From the sequence record PV662128.1: 64,000 nt of DNA. One strand, written 5' to 3'. Each line of letters opens with the position of its first letter. The stretch's first letter is position 1. This document shows, piece after piece, positions 46,088 to 56,709 of the stretch. A model generated the notes under the pieces. That model ran no database searches, was not told the origin of the DNA, and saw only the letters and a list, made by a program, of their open reading frames with translations. The translations under genes and the position numbers were made by a program.

Positions 46088-49000
46088 ATGTCTGACTTTA
46101 AAACCCTATCCTTTGATCCCAGAGGGGATAACACTGAAAATCTGTTAACCGAATTAGTGGTGTTAGACGATGCCACTCTCGATTACATTAAACCGGATTA
46201 TACCCCTTTTTATTCCAGCACTGTAGTTATCACTGACAAAGACGGTCAAGTAAGAAATGAGGGCACCGACTATGTTCTTGAAGGTTTGGTCGTTCCCCTC
46301 GTAAAGACTTCTGGGAAGGATGTAAAGGCCTACATCAGAATTATCAACACAGAACTCTACGCTAAGTCGCCTCTGAGCATTCGGTATCACTCCTGTGGGA
46401 TTAACCATTTCCCTAAAAGCATGGTTAATAACACCTCTACTGGTTCAGAAGGCAACAGCCTCCCCATCGATTGGAATACACAAGTTTTAGGTAAGCCGGA
46501 TTCTTACCCTTTTAAGCCGCATATTCATAACGTCGAAACTGAAATAGCGGCATGGACTGATTTAGCCGATGAAATAGAAGAGATTTATCAATACAGAAAA
46601 AATCACATCCTTGCCAAATATCAGGAATTAAAAGGGTTAAGCGATGCGGTTTGGGTGGCGACTGATCTCACGGCCAAACAGCTCCGTGATAAGGTGATGA
46701 ATCACGATCGTGATCTTGCTAACCCTCATGATGTTGATGCAGCTGACGTTTTACTTGGTAACGTAGACAACTTCGCTACGGCTACTGCTAATGACGAATT
46801 ATTGGGATTAGCCGACAAGTTCTCAACCCCACTGGGGGCGCAGTCCATACTTAATAGTTCGTTGCAAACCACAGACAGCTATCACCACATTGGCCGGCTC
46901 CCTCTTTCTTATTACGGAACTGATTTTTATATTCCTCCTCCGATAGAAGGGGACTTCAAAGGGATGTGGACGAACTGTGAATCGGCCGGATTCTGTTTGG
47001 AAGATAACGGGACGTTGATGATGCTCGCCAATGCATCCGACGGAAAGCACAACGGCTTGTTTTACACCACTATTGAAAATTGGGACAGTCCTAATCCAAA
47101 ACTCAGATATACCGGTTATCCTTACCAATGGGGAAATTTGGATTACCGTAAACTCAACACCATTGTTGAGGGTTCCGGTAAAGACGTGATGATCGTAGGG
47201 AACCGGGCATCTCAGGATTGGTATATTACCCTGACCAAAGGGACCTTCGATCCAGCGAAACACAATCTGCACAAAATCTCTTTTGACACCACCCCTCCTG
47301 GGATGTGGGATAATTACGCCGTTAACGAAACATTCCCCTGGTTTGATATCAGCAAGGTTTTTGTCGCAGGAAACTATGTCTGGTTGATGTATCTTAATCA
47401 TCAGAATTTTAGCGGTGAGTTAAGAATAGCGAAAGATCTTTATTTCTACCGCATCCCTTTATCAGCCTTTGATACCGACGGCCCACTGGTATTCCAAGCC
47501 GTTACCTTGACGAGCGCGCAGAACGTTTTCGGTACGACGTTTACTAATGTTAAACCACTTCGTATCACCGATCCCGTTAAGAAAAGTTCAGGGTGGTATA
47601 ACAACAGTTGGTGTCGAACTTCCCTGGATCTCGTCGCGTCTTATCAGTGGATAAAATCAGTAATTATCCCTGCCGATTACGATTCGGCATCTAACAAGAA
47701 GCTGATCTATTTAGAAACCAGGATGCATAACTATTATTATAATGGTTCGGTTTATAGTTTCTACGCTCCGGCTCTTCAATTTATTTACATCTTTGACCCG
47801 GATAACAATACTTTCTTACTACATCCAGATAGTGGGAGGAACTACCTCATTGACCTGGTAACAACCTCCAATAACCCGCAGAGGGTAGAAGGAAGGATGG
47901 GAAACGGCGACTATTGGGTCAACGTCGGTAGGAACAACAGACCGAGCATAATGCATCTCAACGGCCACATTCTAAAATCGGAAATAAATCAGACTTACAC
48001 CACGTTCAAACTTAACGTCGATTTACTCAGCTGGTTCAAGGATCCTTATTCCGGAACAACGGGTAGGTCAAACGCTCTGACGTGTGTTAAAAAGTCTTAT
48101 CCGATGGTAGAACCTCCTGGAGCGGTTCAATCAAGCTATTTCGATGGGGGCGAAATATATGGGGTTTATGGCCCTAACCCATCCAGCCCTACCAACGCAG
48201 CGACCAAAATGGGGTTATATCTCAGAACCGGATTGGGTGACTACGCCAATCACCCTGAAATGAGATGGGACAATACTAATCTCATGATACGCCTTCCTAG
48301 TAACCAGGATTTCAAAATTGCGGGTGGTGGGAACTACGCGAGATGTAGTGTAACCGGTGACGCGGCCGCTTTAACTGCTGCCGGCACCACAATAGGGTGG
48401 ACTGGATTTAGCGTTTATGAGGACAGGGGTGTTTTCGATAAATTCACCAACTGGCCCGCTCAGCCCAGTAATCAGGTTGCTTTACCCGGGAATATCACCT
48501 GGGATACCAGCGTTCCTGGGGTCGCGACAGCCCAGGTGAATTCTACAGTAAATTACCCAACCACCGTTATCAACCAGATTAAAGCGGTGTTGACGAATGG
48601 CATCGGAGCGACGAAATATTCGTCATTCACACTCTACGACTTTACCTATTCCCCATTTGCGGACGTCTATTCGGTCGCCACACTGTTCTATACAAAGCCG
48701 GGGTCCGCTGGCTTGTGGACAAGGTTTATTTTGTTTAAACCTACAGTGACAACATCCGGTACCGTAAAAACTGTGACGGGTTATTCGGTTCTGTACAATT
48801 CCGGTGAGTCCGTCAACGACGGACAGAGATTCTTCGCGAACATAGACATGAGTTATTTTAGGGGGAAAGACACTTATCCCATAGTAGAAGTCTATGTCAA
48901 TCGAACCACCGGGACCCATTATTACAACATTTATCCGGGTGTTTGTTTTAATCCGTTAGGAAGCACGACGGCGTATGCGGCTTCTTATATCGTACAGCCT

Positions 49001-49600
49001 CGTATACAGTTGCAGCGAGCGACATCCAATAACGCGATTACTGTTACCGAAAACACAACAAGACCTACTTGGTATGCCGATGATTGTTACCTCACCGTTG
49101 TTCCTAAAGTGGGGAGAGTGACTGTTTACGGCATCGATGTGTTAACTGAGATGGCGAACACTGGATCGATCACAACAGTAAACGGGACGCGATATGTGAC
49201 CGCTCACACTTATCCAGCGGATAACTGGTATGTGTACTTTACCAACGCGATTAACGTAACGATAGAAGGTGGCAGTTATCTCATGCCGACCGGCAGTATA
49301 TCGCTTTACGACATTGTAAGTAATCCCGTTGATAAGACGTTCTACGTTTATATCAGGTTGAACGGAACCAAAGCGGAATATTTCGTTACGACTAAAAAGC
49401 TTTACGTTTCTAGCAAAATGTTGTTTGTTGCAACGATAACGACTAACGATAAAGGGATCAGTAACATCGATCTTCTCCAGCCGATGATGGTGGGGGATTT
49501 GGTGCTCTCTAACGTTCGTCGCGGTCAAGCAATCCCTGTTGTGGATGGCTCACTGGGTCAAGAGGCAACTGTGGTATGGAAACGCAGCCAAGATAATTAA
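46088..49600 (+). CDS. Large tail-fibre-like virion protein B (paralog of A)
   Basis: 1170 aa with LLGNVDN, LPLSYYG..FYIPPPIEGDFKG (compare LPIARYG..FYIPPVIGGSFKG in A) and the shared C-terminal module. Confidence 0.75.
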   Translation: MSDFKTLSFDPRGDNTENLLTELVVLDDATLDYIKPDYTPFYSSTVVITDKDGQVRNEGTDYVLEGLVVPLVKTSGKDVKAYIRIINTELYAKSPLSIRYHSCGINHFPKSMVNNTSTGSEGNSLPIDWNTQVLGKPDSYPFKPHIHNVETEIAAWTDLADEIEEIYQYRKNHILAKYQELKGLSDAVWVATDLTAKQLRDKVMNHDRDLANPHDVDAADVLLGNVDNFATATANDELLGLADKFSTPLGAQSILNSSLQTTDSYHHIGRLPLSYYGTDFYIPPPIEGDFKGMWTNCESAGFCLEDNGTLMMLANASDGKHNGLFYTTIENWDSPNPKLRYTGYPYQWGNLDYRKLNTIVEGSGKDVMIVGNRASQDWYITLTKGTFDPAKHNLHKISFDTTPPGMWDNYAVNETFPWFDISKVFVAGNYVWLMYLNHQNFSGELRIAKDLYFYRIPLSAFDTDGPLVFQAVTLTSAQNVFGTTFTNVKPLRITDPVKKSSGWYNNSWCRTSLDLVASYQWIKSVIIPADYDSASNKKLIYLETRMHNYYYNGSVYSFYAPALQFIYIFDPDNNTFLLHPDSGRNYLIDLVTTSNNPQRVEGRMGNGDYWVNVGRNNRPSIMHLNGHILKSEINQTYTTFKLNVDLLSWFKDPYSGTTGRSNALTCVKKSYPMVEPPGAVQSSYFDGGEIYGVYGPNPSSPTNAATKMGLYLRTGLGDYANHPEMRWDNTNLMIRLPSNQDFKIAGGGNYARCSVTGDAAALTAAGTTIGWTGFSVYEDRGVFDKFTNWPAQPSNQVALPGNITWDTSVPGVATAQVNSTVNYPTTVINQIKAVLTNGIGATKYSSFTLYDFTYSPFADVYSVATLFYTKPGSAGLWTRFILFKPTVTTSGTVKTVTGYSVLYNSGESVNDGQRFFANIDMSYFRGKDTYPIVEVYVNRTTGTHYYNIYPGVCFNPLGSTTAYAASYIVQPRIQLQRATSNNAITVTENTTRPTWYADDCYLTVVPKVGRVTVYGIDVLTEMANTGSITTVNGTRYVTAHTYPADNWYVYFTNAINVTIEGGSYLMPTGSISLYDIVSNPVDKTFYVYIRLNGTKAEYFVTTKKLYVSSKMLFVATITTNDKGISNIDLLQPMMVGDLVLSNVRRGQAIPVVDGSLGQEATVVWKRSQDN

Positions 49601-49612
49601 TCGTTTTCACAC

Positions 49613-49631
49613 GGGGGAGTAACCCTCCCCC
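49613..49631 (+). terminator. Short hairpin, possible terminator or processing site
   Basis: GGGGGAG-TAACC-CTCCCCC. Confidence 0.4.
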
Positions 49632-49645
49632 TAAGAGGTCAGATA

Positions 49646-52600
49646 ATGATCATTTTAGATGAAACCATTCCTCCTAATGGTCAAGAGGATGAGCGCTTCG
49701 GTCTTTTACTTTACGCGTTAACCGACTACGGGATTAAAAGGGAGTTACAACACGTCGCCAGTGTGGCGGTGTTGACCGATAAAGTTGCCGAAGCGAATGC
49801 TAAGATGACATCGGTCAGCTCAGCGGTAAACGATGCTCTTGACGCCCATATTGCGACGAAAGGACCTATCCATGGAGAGACCAAGGAAACGATAGGTCTG
49901 GGTCTTGTTGACAATTTACGGACAGCTAGGTTAGAAGAACATGTTGACGGTAGCGACGACCTGTTCTGTACTCCAGCTGGGGTAAAATACGCGGCTCAGT
50001 TTTTGGTTGAACCTGATTACACCGGGTTTATTCCCCAGACCGTACTCCCTATTGCTTATTTCAAAAGACTGACTGGGGATCTGAGTATTAATTCGATCTC
50101 TTTCAGTCCATGGACTCAGAGTAACAAGAAAGGTAACCTGTACGTCACTGACGGCGCTTATTACGTCAGCTTGTTAAGTAAGAACGGCGGTGGGGTTAAT
50201 TACCTGAGTGATCTTTTAACATCAAGGGATTTGATGTATTTCACACCTAGTGGCGGGACGACGGTACCTAAACTGGCGTACGGCTGGAACGCTAAGACGG
50301 GATACCAAACCCTGAGTGACGGCTCGAAACAACTTACCTTTTTCGATTACACTCATAACGGCACTGGTGGGGAGTTCGCTCTTAATTTTTCGGGATCTGT
50401 AACCGGTAATTATCTATCGACCCTATTCGATCCTTTACTGGACACGTCTTCTTTAATAGGCGGGCTACGTTTAACCCAAGCCGGATTAAACGTTACTTTG
50501 ACAACCATCACCCAGCCAGATGAGTCGGTCGCAACTCTACTGGTGGATAACACCACTGGTTTCAGTTTTAACGCCACAGGGCCAAAGGGAACCGTTAGAA
50601 CGGGGACTATTAATAATCTCATTCCTTTGGCTGACTTCATCACGGTAACGGACGCTACGGCGGTTACAATTGACCCGACCTACACGGCCATTGACCAAAC
50701 CCACGGTTATGGGAACATGGAATGGGAGGTTAAAGGGAAATCTGCGATTCTTTACACCGACGCCGTCCTGAGGACAGCATTCCAGGGGGACATCAAGAAG
50801 ATCGTTGCCAGAATAGCGTTAAGACTGACGATAAGCGGATCCACCTACACCATCACTCCTTTATCCCAGGTGAGTATGGCGACGATAACCGCCGGCGCTA
50901 TTGCCGTATCTGGAAACATCCTTTTCGAAGAAGAAATTGATAACGCGTTACACCCCGTTTACGGAAAAGGTCCGTTCTTAAGCGAGGGCGGGCACGCCAC
51001 ATCAATGGCTTCTAACCAAAGCTTCTTCTTAAGGGCGTTTACGCACAATCTGACCAACCTCGTGGACTTTGCTAAAAACTACCACGAACCCCTTTCTCTC
51101 TCTGGAGAGTATACAAAGGAATACCCGGGTAGTTTTGCCGCGCCGATAGGGGTGAACATTAAGCGCTTCATACCCTTTAATAGCACTGCTTCGGGATTGA
51201 AGGTTTTAACCTATCCGATGGCCAATACCTCAGAAGATTACTACGGGGTGTTAAGCTGGGATAGTCCTCAGATTCTCCAATCATCTAAAAACAAACCGCT
51301 TTATTATCGGTTCAAGCAGGCGACTTCTTTAACCAACTTTACGTTAAGCTCTACTATACCGACCAGATTGATTGTTAACTCTGGTGCTGACGGCAGTGTT
51401 ACCGTGAGGGGGCTGAGTTTCTTACGTGACAATTATACAGCCGGTACGAGCAAACTAGTCATTACAGAAAATGAGGTTAAGCCGTCGGAAACCTGGGCGT
51501 TGGACGCGGATTCCATTACCACGATGGAATCTATTTTGTCAGCATTCTCCACCAGAAGTCACACGGCGTATGCTTCTGCCGGTGTGGCGTACGACACAAC
51601 CAAACAGTCAATGAGTTGGTCCGTTGGCATTTTGACGACCTCTGACGACATTACTGCGGTAACAAGATGCGTTGTGTTATTATCAGATGGTTGCGGTTAT
51701 GTGGGGTGTCAAATCGTTCCTACGACGCCTAATAGCGTAACAAGAACGTTCACCATCAACAGAGCGTCATTGGGTACACTGACGTCCATGACTTTTGGAA
51801 TGGCGGGTGTTCCTGATTTTAGTGCAGCTGAATATCTGACGCCTCCGGCGTACAACGACATAATGGTGTTAACTCGTTCCGATAACTCGTTAGAGATCGC
51901 TTTTAATAATGCATTTAAAACGAAATACGGAATGGTGTCGTTCTTATATTCCGGAACAACGTTGACCCTGGATAAAATAGAAAATCCAAGAGTCAATGTA
52001 GGGAATTTCCCTATCGTCGGGAAACGCGGCTGTTGTCCTATCAGCATTCCTTACTACGGTATTTTCAGGATGACGGATAACGAAGAGGAGTTTTTCAACG
52101 CCAACCTCAATCGTTATCTTAACCAGTATGGTGATTTAACGGATGACGTGGTCACTATGGGGAGCTCGGATTATCATTTAATCAGAATCCCTGCCGGAAC
52201 CAAGGTGTTCTTGGATGGCCGAGAATTCCAATTGATTTCCGGTTTAGTCGTCTACGCTCAAGTGGGAGTGACTTCGTATATTTATCTCACGGCAGCTGCC
52301 GATAACGTGATGGCCGAGGCCAGAACCGTAAAATCAGAACCTGCTGTTGATGAAATCATTTACGCAGTAATGGATGAGGCGGGGAATCTCGTTATCAACG
52401 ACACGTACACCGTCATTGATGGGTTCGCGGTATCCTACACTCGTCAGGGTAGCTCTATTCCGTATACTACGGGTTACCCTATGGATCTTGGCGAAACACT
52501 CTTCTTTAAAACAACCTTTGGGGATCCTGATCTTGATGTAATCATGAACACCACCATGCCAGAGTTTGGCGGGATGGAGTACATGCCTGATCTTGATGAG

Positions 52601-52861
52601 GAGATCAACGATATCATTCCTTCTTGGGATAATCTCGAAGATCAAGCCATGGACCTCATGATGAACCAGATTATCCCAGAGGATATTGGTACATTGGAGG
52701 AAAATATCGATGAGTGCATTAACCAAATTCAACCTGAGTACGTCGAAGACTACAGAGATTCCAACGACATCATTGTTAACCAATTGATGCCGGAAATCGG
52801 TATGTCTCGATTTGTATTGACGGATTATATCGTTAACCAGATCTTACCTGATTCGGAATAA
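49646..52861 (+). CDS. Large tail-fibre-like virion protein C with an acidic C-terminal repeat tail
   Basis: 1071 aa with IGLGLVDN, LPIAYF, the shared C-terminal module and then about six 19-aa repeats. Confidence 0.7.
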   Translation: MIILDETIPPNGQEDERFGLLLYALTDYGIKRELQHVASVAVLTDKVAEANAKMTSVSSAVNDALDAHIATKGPIHGETKETIGLGLVDNLRTARLEEHVDGSDDLFCTPAGVKYAAQFLVEPDYTGFIPQTVLPIAYFKRLTGDLSINSISFSPWTQSNKKGNLYVTDGAYYVSLLSKNGGGVNYLSDLLTSRDLMYFTPSGGTTVPKLAYGWNAKTGYQTLSDGSKQLTFFDYTHNGTGGEFALNFSGSVTGNYLSTLFDPLLDTSSLIGGLRLTQAGLNVTLTTITQPDESVATLLVDNTTGFSFNATGPKGTVRTGTINNLIPLADFITVTDATAVTIDPTYTAIDQTHGYGNMEWEVKGKSAILYTDAVLRTAFQGDIKKIVARIALRLTISGSTYTITPLSQVSMATITAGAIAVSGNILFEEEIDNALHPVYGKGPFLSEGGHATSMASNQSFFLRAFTHNLTNLVDFAKNYHEPLSLSGEYTKEYPGSFAAPIGVNIKRFIPFNSTASGLKVLTYPMANTSEDYYGVLSWDSPQILQSSKNKPLYYRFKQATSLTNFTLSSTIPTRLIVNSGADGSVTVRGLSFLRDNYTAGTSKLVITENEVKPSETWALDADSITTMESILSAFSTRSHTAYASAGVAYDTTKQSMSWSVGILTTSDDITAVTRCVVLLSDGCGYVGCQIVPTTPNSVTRTFTINRASLGTLTSMTFGMAGVPDFSAAEYLTPPAYNDIMVLTRSDNSLEIAFNNAFKTKYGMVSFLYSGTTLTLDKIENPRVNVGNFPIVGKRGCCPISIPYYGIFRMTDNEEEFFNANLNRYLNQYGDLTDDVVTMGSSDYHLIRIPAGTKVFLDGREFQLISGLVVYAQVGVTSYIYLTAAADNVMAEARTVKSEPAVDEIIYAVMDEAGNLVINDTYTVIDGFAVSYTRQGSSIPYTTGYPMDLGETLFFKTTFGDPDLDVIMNTTMPEFGGMEYMPDLDEEINDIIPSWDNLEDQAMDLMMNQIIPEDIGTLEENIDECINQIQPEYVEDYRDSNDIIVNQLMPEIGMSRFVLTDYIVNQILPDSE

Positions 52862-52866
52862 CGTTT

Positions 52867-52900
52867 ATAGTGGAGAGGGGCGTCCGCCCCTCTCCACTAT
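52867..52900. terminator. Bidirectional terminator between convergent genes
   Basis: ATAGTGGAGAGGGGC-GTCC-GCCCCTCTCCACTAT. Confidence 0.8.
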
Positions 52901-52908
52901 ATTTATTG

Positions 52909-53895
52909 TCAGCCACCACCAACTGGTGTACCGCCCGTACCACTACCGCCTGAATTGTTATGACGATGTTTCAATAGGGATACCGCTCCATTTCCTGCGG
53001 TCACGTCACCTACTGCATTTATAGATTGTTCTGCGTTAATACTGCCTGAACATTGCATGGTTCCATCCCCACCTCCACCAGCAATCGTGGTAATGTTCCC
53101 GGCTACACCTAAGTTACCGATAACCGATGTGTTAGCTTTTATATTCACGCCTTCTGGAGCGACGACGTTGACGTCATCTGCACTAACCAGCATTTGTTTG
53201 CAGATTATACTTAATAGTTTATCAGCACTAATTCCGAATGTGTCCGCGCACTTAATTAAGATGTTCATCTTAGCCAGTGTAATTTCTGACCCATCCTGAT
53301 TTCGTACACTTGTGGTGTGTGACATCGAATCAGTAGCGATAATGTTACCTTCGCCATCCCCTAGGAGAACAGTACCTGCTTGAGCATCTACCTGGAACTG
53401 ATATTTGGTCTTCTCGCCATTAGCTTGGGATGTCATAAACCCAACTTTACCCGTATGAGTGGAGATCTCAAACGCGTAATAGTTATCCAGAGAGAATTCA
53501 GCATTCTCATCTAAATTAGGGTTAGCAGAAAATCCCCAAACTACGGTCTCCAATCGCTTAGTCTTCGTATCGACCCCATGGAGTGTCCAGAGTAATTGAT
53601 CCGAATCCCCATACCGATAAATGGCAACCGGCGTCCCTTCTCTGACATCAGGAGACGTCATGCGGTTACCGCCGTCACCCATCCACTTAGCCGTCACTGA
53701 GTTAGATCCCAAAACTTGAGAAGTTTTGTTAGTCCCGTCGGCTGTTTGCGAAGTTTGAACAGAGGTTTGGGCTGTGGCGACTTCCCTACCATCAGCCATC
53801 ATGTTATACGATGGAAGGGAAACGGTAATTTCTTTTGAGTCAGTTTGTTTAGTCGAAGTTACCGTTCCGACGCCTAAACAATTCAGTAAATTCAT
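52909..53895 (-). CDS. Baseplate central spike (gpV/gp5/VgrG-like; phiKZ gp164-like)
   Basis: OB-fold-like N terminus (AKWMG..NRMTSPDVREG), beta-helical repeats and a C-terminal H-x-H tip (LLKHRHN). Confidence 0.75.
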   Translation of the reverse strand: MNLLNCLGVGTVTSTKQTDSKEITVSLPSYNMMADGREVATAQTSVQTSQTADGTNKTSQVLGSNSVTAKWMGDGGNRMTSPDVREGTPVAIYRYGDSDQLLWTLHGVDTKTKRLETVVWGFSANPNLDENAEFSLDNYYAFEISTHTGKVGFMTSQANGEKTKYQFQVDAQAGTVLLGDGEGNIIATDSMSHTTSVRNQDGSEITLAKMNILIKCADTFGISADKLLSIICKQMLVSADDVNVVAPEGVNIKANTSVIGNLGVAGNITTIAGGGGDGTMQCSGSINAEQSINAVGDVTAGNGAVSLLKHRHNNSGGSGTGGTPVGGG

Positions 53896-53945
53896 ACCCC
53901 GTCCCTTTATTTATAAGACTTTTATCATTAAAAAATGGTTACTAT

Positions 53946-56420
53946 ATGATCGTTAAGCTGATATTAAAAGGTTACATTCCTTTGAACACCAAAGGAGTAG
54001 AATATTTTGAAACGGATCAATTGGGCTTAATGAATATCCTGATTGGACGTAACGGGCATGGGAAGAGTTCTATACTCAACGAGGCTTCACCGATGCCTCC
54101 TGAAAACGCCGACTATGTAGAAGACGGCTATAAATACGTCGAAATAATTAATAAGGGAAAACGGTATTATTTGGAATCTTTCACGGGATCAAAAAGCAAA
54201 CACTCGTTTAAAGATTCAGAAGGTAACGAACTTAACTCAGGCGGGACCCAAGCGGTACAAAAAGAACTGGTTAAACAGTATTTTGACCTCACCCCGTTGT
54301 ACTTTAAAGTTCTTACCGCAATCAATGAAAACTATCGTTTCACAGCATTAGGGGTAGCAGAAAGAAAGTTCCTCTTAATGGACCTCTACCCTAACGATAC
54401 CAAATACGCACTGATTGTCTATAACAAAATCAAATCAGCGTACAGTGATACCGTAGGGGCGTTGAAGAACCAAAGTCAGAGATTGATTGAGGAACAGCAA
54501 CGCGTAAGTGCCTTAGGAGGAAAAACCAAAGAAGAACTCCTCCACGTTATCTCTCAGCTCGATAAACGCATTAACGAAATTGTTTACCTGCAAGGCGAAC
54601 TCAACGGAACCGCTAACGTTAGCGGGGATCTTCGTTTAGAAATTGAGGATTTCAATAGTAAAGTAAAATCCTTGCTCGTGATGGGGATGACCACGGGGAC
54701 ACTGTCACGTCAACAGTTAATAGCGAGCATTGAGAGTTTAAAAGCATCGTTGGTTTATCACGAAACCCAGCAGAAGATGTATCAGACGCAACTGAACGAT
54801 ATTTCATCTGCGATGAGTGGACTGGAGCTGAAGAACCACGATCCTAAACAATTTGAAACGCAACTGTTGGATCTCGAGTATCGCCATGCCGTACTCGAAA
54901 CGGTATTGAGCGACTCGGAAGAACTCATCAAACGAGAACCGTTTATATCTGAACACCGGGAACGACTGATTAACCTTGCTCCTGGTTTTAGAACCTTGAT
55001 AGATCGGATAAACTTAATCCCGCTTTGTTCCAATCCAGAATTAACCACAAGCCAATACCAAAACTGGTTAGATAAAGCCGAGCAGATTTTTAACGAAGGT
55101 AAACAATCCAGAGTTGAGTTGGAACACGTCCAACACCAACTCAAACATTATCGCGATGCTTCGGAAGTCCAGTGTCCTGAATGCTCTTCTCAGTTTAAAC
55201 CTGGGTTCGATAAGACCTACGAATCTAAATTGATTAAACAGGAAGATGGATTAAAATCGACCATCGCTCATCTAACGAGCAAATATAAACAATACAAACA
55301 AACCCTTGCTTTGGATCAAGAATGGTTCAGTCAAATGAGGGCTTTGGAACAGTATGTGGAGACCAGTCATGAAGCGAAATTCTTACTTCATCTGTTAAGC
55401 GAATATAAGGTCGGTTACGAGTCAGCTGATAGGCTCGTAAACGTCATTAAAACGCTCGCTACGACGCTGGATTATAAGAAACAACAGGATGCCTTGACCG
55501 AAGAAATAAACGTTTTAAAAACCCGTATAAACGTGTTTAAAACGAATAATATGGAAGAGGCTCTGGCCGCGTACTCACTCAGCGAAGAAAGGCTGGGTGA
55601 TAGTAATCGTGCAATTCGTCGCTGTATGACGTTGATGAGGGAGCATCAGAAGACCTTAAAGGATTATGACGCTTACGAAATAACGATTGACGCGATCAGA
55701 GAAGGGCAAGCAAGAATCCTCGATTTATTACGGGATGAGGGTAAGGTAAGTTTACACAGAAGACTCAACGAAGTAATGTCAAGTCTTCTCCCTCAGAAAG
55801 ATGAAGTCATGTCTCTGATGATCAGACAGGAGTCGTTAAAGACTCTGGTCGAGTCTATCGAAGATAACATCGCGGGCCTTAAGAAAAGACAATCTGATCT
55901 TAAGATCTTGATGGACGGACTCTGTCCTAAGAAAGGATACATCGGGGAATTGATGAAGGACTTTATTACCGCAATTTGTGCGAACATGAATGCGGTAATA
56001 CGGGACATATGGAGTACACCTCTCTTTGTTAAACCGTGTGTTAATAAGAAAGGTGAAATGGATTATAACTTCCCAGTTATTAATGGCGACTCTAGCAGAA
56101 CGGCTTCTGACGTGGCTAAATGTAGCGGGGGAGAAAAGGAGATTATTAACTTCGCATTTCGGTTAGTTGTCTCACGGTATGTGAAATACGACAGTCCTCT
56201 TTTCTTGGACGAGGTTGGCGTTAACATGGACGAATACCACCGTGGTCGATTCTTTGATTATGTCAAACGACTGATGGCAACGGGTAAGATCGATCAATGT
56301 TTTATGATCAGTCATTACTCTTCACAATACGGACTCATGGATAACGCTAACATTATTGCTTTAAATACAGAAGGTTTAACGGTTCCCCCTAACGTCAATC
56401 TCAGTACAACGATAAGGTAA
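53946..56420 (+). CDS. sbcC: SbcC/Rad50-like SMC ATPase (phiKZ gp165-like)
   Basis: Walker A GRNGHGKS, long coiled coils with a CPEC zinc hook, signature CSGGE and Walker B LFLDEVG. Confidence 0.9.
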   Translation: MIVKLILKGYIPLNTKGVEYFETDQLGLMNILIGRNGHGKSSILNEASPMPPENADYVEDGYKYVEIINKGKRYYLESFTGSKSKHSFKDSEGNELNSGGTQAVQKELVKQYFDLTPLYFKVLTAINENYRFTALGVAERKFLLMDLYPNDTKYALIVYNKIKSAYSDTVGALKNQSQRLIEEQQRVSALGGKTKEELLHVISQLDKRINEIVYLQGELNGTANVSGDLRLEIEDFNSKVKSLLVMGMTTGTLSRQQLIASIESLKASLVYHETQQKMYQTQLNDISSAMSGLELKNHDPKQFETQLLDLEYRHAVLETVLSDSEELIKREPFISEHRERLINLAPGFRTLIDRINLIPLCSNPELTTSQYQNWLDKAEQIFNEGKQSRVELEHVQHQLKHYRDASEVQCPECSSQFKPGFDKTYESKLIKQEDGLKSTIAHLTSKYKQYKQTLALDQEWFSQMRALEQYVETSHEAKFLLHLLSEYKVGYESADRLVNVIKTLATTLDYKKQQDALTEEINVLKTRINVFKTNNMEEALAAYSLSEERLGDSNRAIRRCMTLMREHQKTLKDYDAYEITIDAIREGQARILDLLRDEGKVSLHRRLNEVMSSLLPQKDEVMSLMIRQESLKTLVESIEDNIAGLKKRQSDLKILMDGLCPKKGYIGELMKDFITAICANMNAVIRDIWSTPLFVKPCVNKKGEMDYNFPVINGDSSRTASDVAKCSGGEKEIINFAFRLVVSRYVKYDSPLFLDEVGVNMDEYHRGRFFDYVKRLMATGKIDQCFMISHYSSQYGLMDNANIIALNTEGLTVPPNVNLSTTIR

Positions 56421-56424
56421 TACC

Positions 56425-56709
56425 ATGTTGACCTTTACCGCCACAGTGCGTAATAAAGCTGACAAGCTCGCAGCGGAACTCGATAAGGTTATCAGTAACT
56501 CGTCGATAAACACCCGGAAAGCGACTTGGCTACTGCGTTACGCTAACGTCATCAACTACGCCAATATCAATGGATTAACATTAGTTGAATTCAATACCCG
56601 AGCCGAAACGATCCGTAAATGGATAGCGACAGGCTATGTTTTCTTTGAGGGTAACAAAGCCATCTCTCTTGAAGAAATAGGTATGAAGTTCAATACCGGC
56701 CACCGGTAA
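56425..56709 (+). CDS. Hypothetical protein
   Basis: 94 aa with an AAGGT RBS, directly after sbcC. Confidence 0.6.
   Translation: MLTFTATVRNKADKLAAELDKVISNSSINTRKATWLLRYANVINYANINGLTLVEFNTRAETIRKWIATGYVFFEGNKAISLEEIGMKFNTGHR

Noticed and set aside
41116-52783. Numerous 60-190 aa minus-strand ORFs within the tail genes
   Set aside because: They are antisense to long, well-supported genes and lack independent start signals or recognisable motifs.
39275-52861. Shufflon or diversity-generating retroelement acting on the fibre genes
   Set aside because: There is no invertase or reverse transcriptase in the window, no inverted crossover sites and no near-identical template/variable repeat pair. 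The paralog similarity is old and at the protein level only.
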